64,000 nucleotides of DNA from Candidatus Ryanbacteria bacterium RIFCSPLOWO2_12_FULL_44_26 (lineage in GTDB: Bacteria; Patescibacteriota; Minisyncoccia; Ryanbacterales; HO2-45-13): assembly GCA_001821765.1 (NCBI GenBank), contig MHOA01000001.1, positions 88,294 to 152,293 on the forward strand, written 5' to 3'. Positions 1 to 7,917 of this stretch are shown one piece after another. The translations under genes and the position numbers were made by a program. A model generated the notes under the pieces. It worked only from the letters and a program-made list of their open reading frames with translations, did not search any database and was not told the origin of the DNA. Positions within the stretch are counted from its first letter, which is position 1. Each line of letters opens with the position of its first letter.

Positions 1-407
1 GAATTGTCGTTCCCCCAAGTGTCCGCAGCGGAGAGATGATTCGTCTTTCCGGTAAAGGTGAGGCAATTGCTCGCGGCGACTATGGAGATTTATATGTCAA
101 AGTCCATGTACTGCCTCACAAGGTTTTTCGGCGTGAGAACGATGATATTCACATGCAGCTTATTGTTCCTCTTTCTCAGGCGATGATCGGAGGCGAACAA
201 GAGATTGAAACGCTTGATGGCAAGATTAAAATAAAAATTCCTCACGGGACCCAAACAGGAGACATGCTGCGCGTTCGCGGCAAGGGCTTTGTCCGTGAAG
301 GTGATGACCGTGGAGATCTCATTATCAATGTGATTGTAAGAATGCCGAAGCGCGTCAGCAAAAAACTCCGCGCTATTGCAGAGGAAATACACCGTGAAGG
401 GTATTAA
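1..407 (+). CDS. dnaJ: DnaJ co-chaperone, C-terminal domain fragment (5' end lies outside window)
   Basis: Reading frame open to window edge; C-terminal substrate-binding beta-domain sequence (DLYVKVHVLPH..FRRENDD..GKIKIKIPHGTQTGDMLRVRGKG) typical of DnaJ CTD. Confidence 0.7.
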   Translation, partial: IVVPPSVRSGEMIRLSGKGEAIARGDYGDLYVKVHVLPHKVFRRENDDIHMQLIVPLSQAMIGGEQEIETLDGKIKIKIPHGTQTGDMLRVRGKGFVREGDDRGDLIINVIVRMPKRVSKKLRAIAEEIHREGY

Positions 408-413
408 ACAAAT

Positions 414-866
414 ATGATCCCGGATGTGTCAATTGACGTATTGCTTTATATTTTCTTAACAGGCGTGTTTTTTCTTTTAGGAATACAAAAGGATGCGGTA
501 AGGATTGTTGCAGCAATATTGTCAGCATGTGTGGTCTTGCTTCTTTGGCTGACTTTTCCGGTTTCAGCATTTATTAAAAACACTATTCCACAAATGCTGC
601 TGTTTCTTATTATTTTGGTATTATTATATGCCGCATTTATGAAAGTGAGATTATTTGGCGAGTTCCAAAGGCAATTAGTGCCTGTGTTGTTTCTTTCGCC
701 TCTCGCGGCTGGATTATTATTATCTGGTTTTGTATCATTGATGCCGGTACATGAGTTATTGAAACTATCTCCGCTCGGCAGCGTCATATTTGGCGGCTTT
801 TATGCGTTATTTGCATGGGTAGTTGCATCTGTTGGGGGTATTGTGATATTTTCTCAAACAAAGTAA
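414..866 (+). CDS. hypothetical multi-pass membrane protein
   Basis: 150-aa ORF, 4-5 hydrophobic helices, no recognisable motif. Confidence 0.45.
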   Translation: MIPDVSIDVLLYIFLTGVFFLLGIQKDAVRIVAAILSACVVLLLWLTFPVSAFIKNTIPQMLLFLIILVLLYAAFMKVRLFGEFQRQLVPVLFLSPLAAGLLLSGFVSLMPVHELLKLSPLGSVIFGGFYALFAWVVASVGGIVIFSQTK

Positions 867-957
867 TTTATTAAACAGTTGCAGTTGATGGCTTTTTTCC
901 TGTCTTGTTTGCGTGTGATTGCTGGAGCAAGTTGCATGTCATGCGAAATAAACTTGA

Positions 958-1030
958 CCGCCCGTAGCTCAGTTGGTAGAGCAGCAGCCTTTTAAGCTGA
1001 TGGTCGTAGGTTCGATTCCTACCGGGCGGA
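958..1030 (+). tRNA. tRNA-Lys (anticodon UUU)
   Basis: 73-nt cloverleaf: acceptor CCGCCCG/CGGGCGG, D-arm GCTC-AGTTGGTA-GAGC, anticodon loop CTTTTAA, T-arm GTAGG-TTCGATT-CCTAC, discriminator A; CCA not encoded. Confidence 0.9.
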
Positions 1031-1207
1031 CACTTTAGAAAAGCGCAAGCCAGAGGAAGCCGCCTCGCGGAGTTTATCCTGACGAAGGAAGGACTCGGCG
1101 GCCATTTCGTATTGAATTTTGGGGGCAAAAACGAATTTGCTGGAGGACTCCATGAGAAGCATTGAACGAAGTGTTGCAGTAACTGGTTGAATGTGCTCCA
1201 CGCTGGC

Positions 1208-1236
1208 TTGACAGGATAGATGTAATATGCTACACT
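1208..1236 (+). promoter_or_regulatory. near-consensus sigma70-type promoter (TTGACA-N17-TGcTACACT)
   Basis: TTGACA at 1208-1213, 17-nt spacer, extended -10 TGcTACACT at 1228-1236; reads toward hairpin and lipoprotein gene. Confidence 0.5.
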
Positions 1237-1324
1237 ATGGTGCATAATTTGAGGTGTAGATTTGCCCTTAAATTAGCGAAAATAGCTCTTTGATAAGGCG
1301 GGAAAAGGAGAAAAACAGAAAATC

Positions 1325-1410
1325 GTTTAGGTTTACCCGGTGAGTAGCGCATTGGACATCTGATTTAGATATCTAGTGCGCTACTCATATCGGGTAGAAA
1401 AAACCTAAAC
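1325..1410 (+). repeat. 85-nt imperfect inverted repeat (26-nt arms, nested palindrome TAGATATCTA in loop)
   Basis: Left arm GTTTAGGTTTACCCGGTGAGTAGCGC pairs with right arm GCGCTACTCAtaTCGGGTagaaAAACCTAAAC; ends 4 nt before the SD of the 1427 ORF. Confidence 0.7.
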
Positions 1411-1426
1411 CCAAAAGGAGGTCTGT

Positions 1427-1903
1427 ATGAAGTACGCATTGAGTATCATCGGTCTGGTCTGTTTGGTTGCGGCGGTGGGCTGCAACAATCAAACGCCTGC
1501 CTCGGTTTCCAGCGGGGTCGTCGCGGTCGCTCAGAATGAGCGCTATCGCTTCAATGCGGAGATTGCTTCTCTCAACAAAGCACTGAATGAATTCCGCGAG
1601 TACCGTGAGTACCTTGAGAACGATCCCAGATTCCTTTTCTACCTGATGGACCGCGATCTGGACGCCGTCGAGCAGGGTCGAGAGGCGCGCGGTAGTTTCA
1701 GCGACTACTTCGTACCCAACGCGGCCAAGGCGCTTAAGGCCGGTGCCGCAAGGAAAGACATCGCGACTCGAATCGACCGGGTGATCGCTCTTGCGGAGAA
1801 GGAAATCTACTTGTCCAGTCTCGTGGCTCAACTCATGAAGGAAGGCGGGTCGGCGGCTGTCCGATCCTACGCTGACGAGTGGATTCGAGGAAGCCAAAAG
1901 TAA
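1427..1903 (+). CDS. putative lipoprotein, GC-rich (foreign-looking) gene
   Basis: Strong SD AAGGAGG (1415-1421) with 5-nt spacer; signal peptide with lipobox AAVGC; about 57% GC versus about 40% flanks; followed by terminator. Confidence 0.6.
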   Translation: MKYALSIIGLVCLVAAVGCNNQTPASVSSGVVAVAQNERYRFNAEIASLNKALNEFREYREYLENDPRFLFYLMDRDLDAVEQGREARGSFSDYFVPNAAKALKAGAARKDIATRIDRVIALAEKEIYLSSLVAQLMKEGGSAAVRSYADEWIRGSQK

Positions 1904-1936
1904 TCCCATCAATCTCTCCCGTCAAGTTCCAGCCCA

Positions 1937-1981
1937 AGCCCTTTGCAGTAGTAACATCGCTGTAAAGGGCTTCTTTTTTTC
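1937..1981 (+). terminator. rho-independent terminator
   Basis: GCCCTTTGCAG...CTGTAAAGGGC stem followed by T9. Confidence 0.6.
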
Positions 1982-2086
1982 AATAATTTAGAAGACAAGA
2001 ATTTGCCGCCAAAGCAGTAAATTTTTCAATCCAGTTTTCATTGAAAAATTTACTGAAATGATTTATTCTTAACTCAATAAAAACTT

Positions 2087-2340
2087 GTGGTTCGGCAGAC
2101 TCACCATCCTGAGTTTATCGAAGGGAAATTATCATCAGTGCGGCTCACTTCGACTTGGTTCGGCTTTACTCACCACAAGTCGCTCAGTACAGGCCGCCGC
2201 ATTTTCGGATTTCTAGGTGGGGTTTCCCTCGTCCTTCGACTGGCTCAGGACGAAAACGGCTTGCCCGCCCGTAGTCCCGCTTCCAGCGGGACGGAGGAGG
2301 GTTCGCACTATTTTAAGAATATTGGGCTAAGAATGTAACT
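2087..2340 (+). ncRNA. GC-rich structured non-coding segment (candidate ncRNA or 5' leader; class unassigned)
   Basis: About 55% GC with no convincing ORF (only a GTG-start R/G/S-rich 83-aa frame); internal 19-nt direct repeat GGTTCGGCnnnACTCACCA at 2089 and 2157; multiple complementary segments (TCCTGAG/CTCAGGA; GTCCCGCT-tcca-GCGGGAC). Confidence 0.3.
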
Positions 2341-2377
2341 TTTCTAAACAGTTTGCCATATCTAAAGTAAGGCATTT

Positions 2378-2902
2378 GTGATTCTCCAGAAAGATTTTTA
2401 TAATCGTGATACTACAGCAGTTGCGAAAGAACTGCTTGGAAAATATTTGGTGCGAAAAATAGGAAACCGCATACTCGCATATTCAATTATAGAAACGGAA
2501 GCGTATGTCGGACCAAACGATAAAGCATGTCATGCGTCCAGGGGTTTTACAAAACGAACCGCAGTCATGTTCGGCCCTCCGGGGATCGCCTACATATATC
2601 TTATCTACGGCATGTACTATTGTTTAAACATTGTAACTCGTGAATCAGGATATCCGGCGGCAGTGCTTATTCGCGCTCTTGATCATCCTGAAATGACGGG
2701 ACCCGGACGGCTCACAAAATTTCTCAACATAACCGGTTCCCATAATGGAGCGGACATGACAAAACGGTATACACTTTGGATTGAAAACAGGGGAGTGATT
2801 GTCAAAAAAAATGCTATTACGGCAACACCGCGGATCGGAGTGGGTTATGCCGGCGAGTGGAGTAAAAAACCGTTTCGGTATATAATAAAAAACAGTGATT
2901 GA
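2378..2902 (+). CDS. mpg: DNA-3-methyladenine glycosylase (Mpg/AAG family)
   Basis: GTG start; ETEAYVGPNDKACHASRG..MFGPPG..YIYLIYGMYYCLN family signature. Confidence 0.8.
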   Translation: MILQKDFYNRDTTAVAKELLGKYLVRKIGNRILAYSIIETEAYVGPNDKACHASRGFTKRTAVMFGPPGIAYIYLIYGMYYCLNIVTRESGYPAAVLIRALDHPEMTGPGRLTKFLNITGSHNGADMTKRYTLWIENRGVIVKKNAITATPRIGVGYAGEWSKKPFRYIIKNSD

Positions 2903-3941
2903 CACGTTATTATTAATCATTATGTTTGCTGGCGGCATTGCTTTTGGCGCCGTTGTTGTGTATGTTCTTACCAAAAAAGGGCAGGGCCTTTCACTTATTC
3001 AAAACCAAATAAATGAAATATCACGAACACTTGATATGAAACTCGGAGAGTCATCGAAACAAATGCACGAATCAATGCAAAATCAGTATCGTGAATCTAA
3101 AAATATCATCAGAGAAGTAACGGAGCGCCTCACGCGGCTGGATGAAACCAACAAACAAATTGTTGGTTTTGCAGATCAGTTGCAGTCTCTTCAGGATATT
3201 CTGCAAAATCCTAAACAGCGCGGAGTTCTTGGAGAATATTATCTTGAAACGGTGCTCAAAAATGTACTCCCCGTATCAGCTTACGCAATGCAGTATAAAA
3301 TCGGGAAGAGCGATGATGATAAAGATCTCATTGTTGACGCCGCTATATTCGTCGCTGATAAAATTATTCCAGTCGATTCAAAGTTCTCATTGGAAAATTA
3401 CAACCGTCTTGCCGTCGAGCGTAGTCCTGTAGAGAGAGCGCGCTTGGAGAAACTTTTTAAACAGGATTTGAAAAATCGCATTGATGAGACCGCCAAGTAT
3501 GTGCGCCCGCAGGACAGTACAATGGATTTTGCTTTGATGTTTATCCCGTCGGAAGCCATCTATTACGATTTGACGATAAGTCAGGTGGGAGCCGTGAGAG
3601 TAAATACGGCAGATCTTATCCAATACGGATTAAAAAAGCGCGTTCATATCGTTTCCCCAAACTCATTTTATGCGTTTTTACAGACTATTATGCAGGGACT
3701 TCGGCAGATGCAGATTGAGCAGTCAACAAAGGAAATTCTTAAGCGGGTACAGGAGCTCAGTAGACACATCACTGTTCATGATCAGTATATGTCAAAACTC
3801 GGCAGCGCCCTTGGTACCAGTGTGAGCCATTATAACAGCGCTTACAGGGAGCTTAAAAAGGTAGATAAAGATGTGCTTAAAATAACAGGATCTTCTCCGG
3901 ATGTTGAACCTCTTACTCTTGAAAAACCAGAAGAAGTTTGA
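2895..3941 (+). CDS. rmuC: DNA recombination protein RmuC
   Basis: N-terminal TM helix, coiled coil, C-terminal RmuC nuclease-like domain (IPVDSKFSLENY..ALMFIPSEAIYYD); start overlaps mpg stop. Confidence 0.8.
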   Translation: MIDTLLLIIMFAGGIAFGAVVVYVLTKKGQGLSLIQNQINEISRTLDMKLGESSKQMHESMQNQYRESKNIIREVTERLTRLDETNKQIVGFADQLQSLQDILQNPKQRGVLGEYYLETVLKNVLPVSAYAMQYKIGKSDDDKDLIVDAAIFVADKIIPVDSKFSLENYNRLAVERSPVERARLEKLFKQDLKNRIDETAKYVRPQDSTMDFALMFIPSEAIYYDLTISQVGAVRVNTADLIQYGLKKRVHIVSPNSFYAFLQTIMQGLRQMQIEQSTKEILKRVQELSRHITVHDQYMSKLGSALGTSVSHYNSAYRELKKVDKDVLKITGSSPDVEPLTLEKPEEV

Positions 3942-3984
3942 TAGTATTTTACTGCCAATATAGTATTATCGTTTATACGTTTAT

Positions 3985-4293
3985 ATGATTGCTATCATCG
4001 AAACGGGAGGAAAACAATACATTATCAAGAGCGGCGAAAAGCTGGATGTTGAAAAGCTGCCTCAAAAGGAAGGGGACAGTATAACATTTGATAAAGTGCT
4101 TCTGACTGCAACCGACAAGGAAGTGAAAATCGGCAGGCCCTATGTTGACGGCGCTTTGGTTACGGTAACGTTGATCGGGCACGGCAAAGGAAAAAAAATC
4201 CGCATCATGCGGTATCACTCAAAAACAAGGCACAGGAGAAGAAAAGGGCACCGCCAGCTTTATAGCCGCATTGAGGTGGCAAACATAAAATGA
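3985..4293 (+). CDS. rplU: 50S ribosomal protein L21
   Basis: MIAIIETGGKQY.. N-terminus and basic C-terminus typical of bL21. Confidence 0.9.
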   Translation: MIAIIETGGKQYIIKSGEKLDVEKLPQKEGDSITFDKVLLTATDKEVKIGRPYVDGALVTVTLIGHGKGKKIRIMRYHSKTRHRRRKGHRQLYSRIEVANIK

Positions 4294-4300
4294 TTATACG

Positions 4301-4332
4301 GAAAGCGTCCAGATAATGACGCTCCGTTTTTA
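4301..4332. terminator. probable bidirectional terminator between rplU and recR
   Basis: AGCGTC-cagataat-GACGCT hairpin followed by T-run. Confidence 0.4.
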
Positions 4333-4962
4333 TTTCCTGTTTTTAAGAGCAAACTTAATTGTTTCAGGATCTGCATATTCTAATTCTGAACCCGTTGAGA
4401 GGCCTCTTCCAAGCCTTTGGAATTGAATTTCGTTTTTTTTGATAAACGGCTCCAAAACACGCTCAAGATACAACGCCGTTGCGTCTCCTTCAGGCGTTGC
4501 TGAAACGGCCACAATAATTTCTATGGGTTTTTTAAGATTTCTGTTATTCATGAGCGTTTCTATGCGTTCATACAGCCCTTTCACGCGTTTATGTACCAAC
4601 CCTTCCTTTTTCTCATCTAAAATAAGCCCTCCAAGCAGATGATAGGCTCCTTGGAAATATCCTGATCGTTCGATATTTTCTAAATCCTGATCTTTTTCAA
4701 TAACGAGAATAGGGTGTCCTGATTGGAGGTTTTTACAAGACGTACATATGTCAATATCTTGTGTTTTTTCTATGGCACGTCCGCACACATTACACCGCTG
4801 GACGCTTTTTTTAAGATCAGCAAGAACTGCGGCCAGACTATCAGTTGATTCTTTATCCCAATCAAGCAACGCATAGGCGAAACGCGCAGCTTGTCTTGGA
4901 CCAATGCCCGGCAAACGGACAAGATATCCAATTAATTTTTGGATGTTCAGCGGAGTTGCCAT
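4330..4962 (-). CDS. recR: recombination protein RecR
   Basis: HhH motif LPGIGPRQAARFAYALL, C4 zinc finger CNVCGR..CTSC, Toprim domain. Confidence 0.9.
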   Translation of the reverse strand: MATPLNIQKLIGYLVRLPGIGPRQAARFAYALLDWDKESTDSLAAVLADLKKSVQRCNVCGRAIEKTQDIDICTSCKNLQSGHPILVIEKDQDLENIERSGYFQGAYHLLGGLILDEKKEGLVHKRVKGLYERIETLMNNRNLKKPIEIIVAVSATPEGDATALYLERVLEPFIKKNEIQFQRLGRGLSTGSELEYADPETIKFALKNRK

Positions 4963-4967
4963 ACGAA

Positions 4968-6359
4968 TTACATAGTAACCGGTTCTTCCACTGCTTGATC
5001 AACATCGGGCGGTTCTGCGATGTCTCCCATGTATTTTTCTACCGGGGAGAATTTGACTTTTTTTTCGTTAAAGTAAAGGTACACTCTTCCGGTGGGACCG
5101 TTTCGGTGTTTTTCAATCAGGATTTCTGCGATATTTTCTCTGGCTCCTTCACGTTTGGCTTTATCTTCCCGGTAAATAAATATTACAACATCGGCATCTT
5201 GTTCTATTGAACCGGATTCTCTTAAGTCTGAAAGGCGAGGGATAGGAGGATGTCGCTGTTCCACAAGCCGTGAAAGCTGTGAAATCGCAAGCACCGGCAC
5301 ATCAAGTTCTTTTGCGAGGGATTTTAAAGATCGGGAAAACTCGCTTACTTCCTGAACCCGATTTTCTGTTCTTTTTCTTCCTTCCATAAGCTGCAGATAA
5401 TCCACAACGATGAGCCCCAAACCATGCTCTGCCTTTAGTCTTCTTGACATAGCACGTATTTCTAAAATGGTATTTGACGCCGCATCATCAATAAAAATAG
5501 GCGCTTTGGAAAGCTTCTCTAAAGCGTCTCGAATGCGGGTGAAATCGTCTGAATCTTCTCTTAGTCTTCCTGTTCTAAGGTTCCATAGATCAACATTTGA
5601 TTCAGCGGCAATGAAACGATCTATAAGCTGCTGGACAGACATTTCCAAACTGAAGATTCCAACAGTAATGTTGTTATGCACCGCAACATTTCTGGCTATA
5701 TCAAGCGCAAGTGCCGTTTTTCCTAAAGAAGGCCTGGCGGCGAGCACAATAAGATCAGACGGCTGAAGACCGGAAAGAATATTATCTAACTCCGGGAAGC
5801 CCGTTGGAACACCGCGTATTGCTCCTTTACCGCGGTGCAGAAAATCAATTCTCTCCCAAGCTTCGGTCAGCGCATCTTTCACTTTGATAAACCTTTGTTT
5901 CAACGAACTTTGCGAGATTTTAAATATCTTTTTTTCCGCATCGTCCAGCAACGCTTCTACATCTCCTTCCTCCTGATACCCCAGATTATTGATTTGATGT
6001 GAAGCCTCAATAAGATCTCTAAGTACTTTTTTCTTTTTCACAATATCTGCATAATGGTGGATATGTGAAGCAGTTGCCACGCTATTTACCAGAGACGTTA
6101 GATAACTTGCATCTCCGACATCTTTGAGCAGGTTTTGTTCTTTGAGGCGTCCGGAAACAGAAACAATATCAACGGGACTGTTCTTATTGAAGAGATCGAG
6201 CATTGCGCCATAGATGATGCCGTGATCTTTGCGGTAGAAATCTTCCGGACGCAACATATCAGCCACTCGTTCAATGATGTCAGCGGCAATCATAATTGAA
6301 CCGAGAACAGCCATTTCCGCTTCCGCATTGTGCGGAGGCACTTTTATAAGCTCGGTCAT
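4968..6359 (-). CDS. dnaB: replicative DNA helicase DnaB
   Basis: N-terminal DnaB domain (NAEAEMAVLGSIMI), Walker A GKTALALD, RecA-like core. Confidence 0.9.
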   Translation of the reverse strand: MTELIKVPPHNAEAEMAVLGSIMIAADIIERVADMLRPEDFYRKDHGIIYGAMLDLFNKNSPVDIVSVSGRLKEQNLLKDVGDASYLTSLVNSVATASHIHHYADIVKKKKVLRDLIEASHQINNLGYQEEGDVEALLDDAEKKIFKISQSSLKQRFIKVKDALTEAWERIDFLHRGKGAIRGVPTGFPELDNILSGLQPSDLIVLAARPSLGKTALALDIARNVAVHNNITVGIFSLEMSVQQLIDRFIAAESNVDLWNLRTGRLREDSDDFTRIRDALEKLSKAPIFIDDAASNTILEIRAMSRRLKAEHGLGLIVVDYLQLMEGRKRTENRVQEVSEFSRSLKSLAKELDVPVLAISQLSRLVEQRHPPIPRLSDLRESGSIEQDADVVIFIYREDKAKREGARENIAEILIEKHRNGPTGRVYLYFNEKKVKFSPVEKYMGDIAEPPDVDQAVEEPVTM

Positions 6360-6415
6360 GATTTTATGCTATCCGATCGCAACGGGTGTTTCAAGGGCGT
6401 TGGAGGAAAAGCATT

Positions 6416-7831
6416 TTATATCTTGTGGAAACGCTTGACGTTTTCAATCGTTATTGAACCAGCGCGGATATGGTATCCTTTTTTTGTGTCACGTAAGCTC
6501 CAGCCCATTTTTTCGATGACGCTGCGTATTTTGTCTGCTTCTTTCCATTGTTTCCGTTTTCTTAGTGATTCCCTTTCTTTTGCAAGTTCCCGTATCTTTT
6601 TTGGTATGCGGAGTGTTTTTTTGCTTTCTTTATATAGCGAAAGACCGAATACATGATCCGCCCAAAGCAGCAGATCTTTTGTGGCTTCATTGCGATGTAT
6701 CAGTTTCCAAATATGCGCAAGCGCCTTGGGTGTGTGCAGATTGTTTTCAAGGCAGCTTTGGATTTTTTGCTTGTGAATGTGCTGGGCCTTTCCGGCCGGC
6801 GCCTCTTTTAGATATGCAATGAGCCCTAATCGCGCGGCTCGCGCCGCGTCCAACGCTTCCAAGTGAAACAATAATGGGCTTCTCCAGTGTACAGTCAGTG
6901 TTAAATATCTAAAATCAAGAGGACTATATCCATACGCAGTGAGATCTTTTAGCAGCACGGCGTTTCCTTTTGATTTTCCCATTCGGATTTTATTTTTTTC
7001 TTTCAGCATTAAAAGGTTTGGATGGAGCCAGTAACGAACAAATTGTTTTCCGGTGGCAGCTTCACTTTGTGCAATTTCGTTTGTATGATGAATCGGCACA
7101 TGATCGATGCCGCCAATGTGTATATCAAAGCTGTCTCCGAGATATTTCATGCTCATAGCAGAACATTCAATATGCCAACCGGGAAAACCTGTTCCCCATG
7201 GCGATTTCCATTCCATTTGCCTTTTCCTGCCGCTTTCCAAGGATGGAGAAAATTTCCACAACGCAAAATCATTGATTGATTTTTTATCTTTTATACTTAC
7301 TCGCGCTCCCGCTTTAACACCTTTCACATTCATTCCGGCAAGTATGCCATATTTTTTGAATGTCCTTGTATTAAAATAAATGCCATCGTTTGTCTTATAC
7401 GTATATCCTTTTTGTTGAAGCTGTTTAATAAGTGTTATTTGTTCTTTAATATGCTCGCTTGCCCGCGGGAATGCGTCTGGCTGAAGGATATTTAATGCTT
7501 TTATATCTTTTTTAAATTCCTGTTCGTAGAATCTGGCGATTGTATGCGCAGATTTGTTTTTTTTGCGGGCTTCCTGCTCAATTTTGTCTTCCCCCGTGTC
7601 AGCGTCTGAAGTGAGATGTCCCACATCGGTTATGTTTATCACCTGTTTAACGCGATATTCCATTATAAGAAGCGTTCGTTTTACTAAATCCTGAAAAATA
7701 TATGTCCGGAGGTTTCCTAAATGAGAATGTTGATATACGGTTGGGCCGCAAGTGTACATTCCCACTGTTCTTTTTTTTAGAGATTTGAACGCTTCTATTT
7801 TTTTTGTCAGGGTGTTATAGAAACGTAGCAT
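6416..7831 (-). CDS. cysS: cysteinyl-tRNA synthetase
   Basis: MYTCGPTVY, HLGNLRTY, KMGKSKGN class I motifs. Confidence 0.9.
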   Translation of the reverse strand: MLRFYNTLTKKIEAFKSLKKRTVGMYTCGPTVYQHSHLGNLRTYIFQDLVKRTLLIMEYRVKQVINITDVGHLTSDADTGEDKIEQEARKKNKSAHTIARFYEQEFKKDIKALNILQPDAFPRASEHIKEQITLIKQLQQKGYTYKTNDGIYFNTRTFKKYGILAGMNVKGVKAGARVSIKDKKSINDFALWKFSPSLESGRKRQMEWKSPWGTGFPGWHIECSAMSMKYLGDSFDIHIGGIDHVPIHHTNEIAQSEAATGKQFVRYWLHPNLLMLKEKNKIRMGKSKGNAVLLKDLTAYGYSPLDFRYLTLTVHWRSPLLFHLEALDAARAARLGLIAYLKEAPAGKAQHIHKQKIQSCLENNLHTPKALAHIWKLIHRNEATKDLLLWADHVFGLSLYKESKKTLRIPKKIRELAKERESLRKRKQWKEADKIRSVIEKMGWSLRDTKKGYHIRAGSITIENVKRFHKI

Positions 7832-7917
7832 GCTTACTAAACCCGCGAGCCGCGCGCGAGCGATTTATTCAATTAAGCGCCCGAGAACGGCCGCTCTAGT
7901 TTCTAAGTAAACTTTCT

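Noticed and set aside
1031-1207. Possible riboswitch (c-di-GMP, SAM, glycine, lysine box) in the GC-rich stretch after tRNA-Lys
   Set aside because: Partial motif resemblances only (e.g. GGGGGCAAAAAC, GGAGGACUCC). No full consensus could be aligned by eye. Left as part of the island rather than called.
1385-1912. 175-aa minus-strand ORF completely mirroring the lipoprotein gene
   Set aside because: Long antisense ORFs are expected by chance in GC-rich DNA. The plus-strand ORF has a strong SD, signal peptide and lipobox, and the minus ORF has none.
2150-2240. Resemblance of the minus strand (GGCGGCC...GCCGAAC..GAAGUGA..) to 5S rRNA loop-C region
   Set aside because: Only short motif matches. 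No helix I closing pairing and no loop E/helix IV-V continuation, so not a 5S gene.
2265-2274. 10-nt identity (CCGCCCGTAG) to the 5' end of tRNA-Lys as a possible att direct repeat
   Set aside because: Integrative elements duplicate the tRNA 3' end, not the 5' end, on this side. A single 10-mer is weak evidence, so it is kept only as a note.
2087-2338. GTG-initiated 83-aa ORF in the GC-rich segment
   Set aside because: No RBS, composition-driven R/G/S/T-rich product. The region looks like structured RNA or a leader rather than coding.
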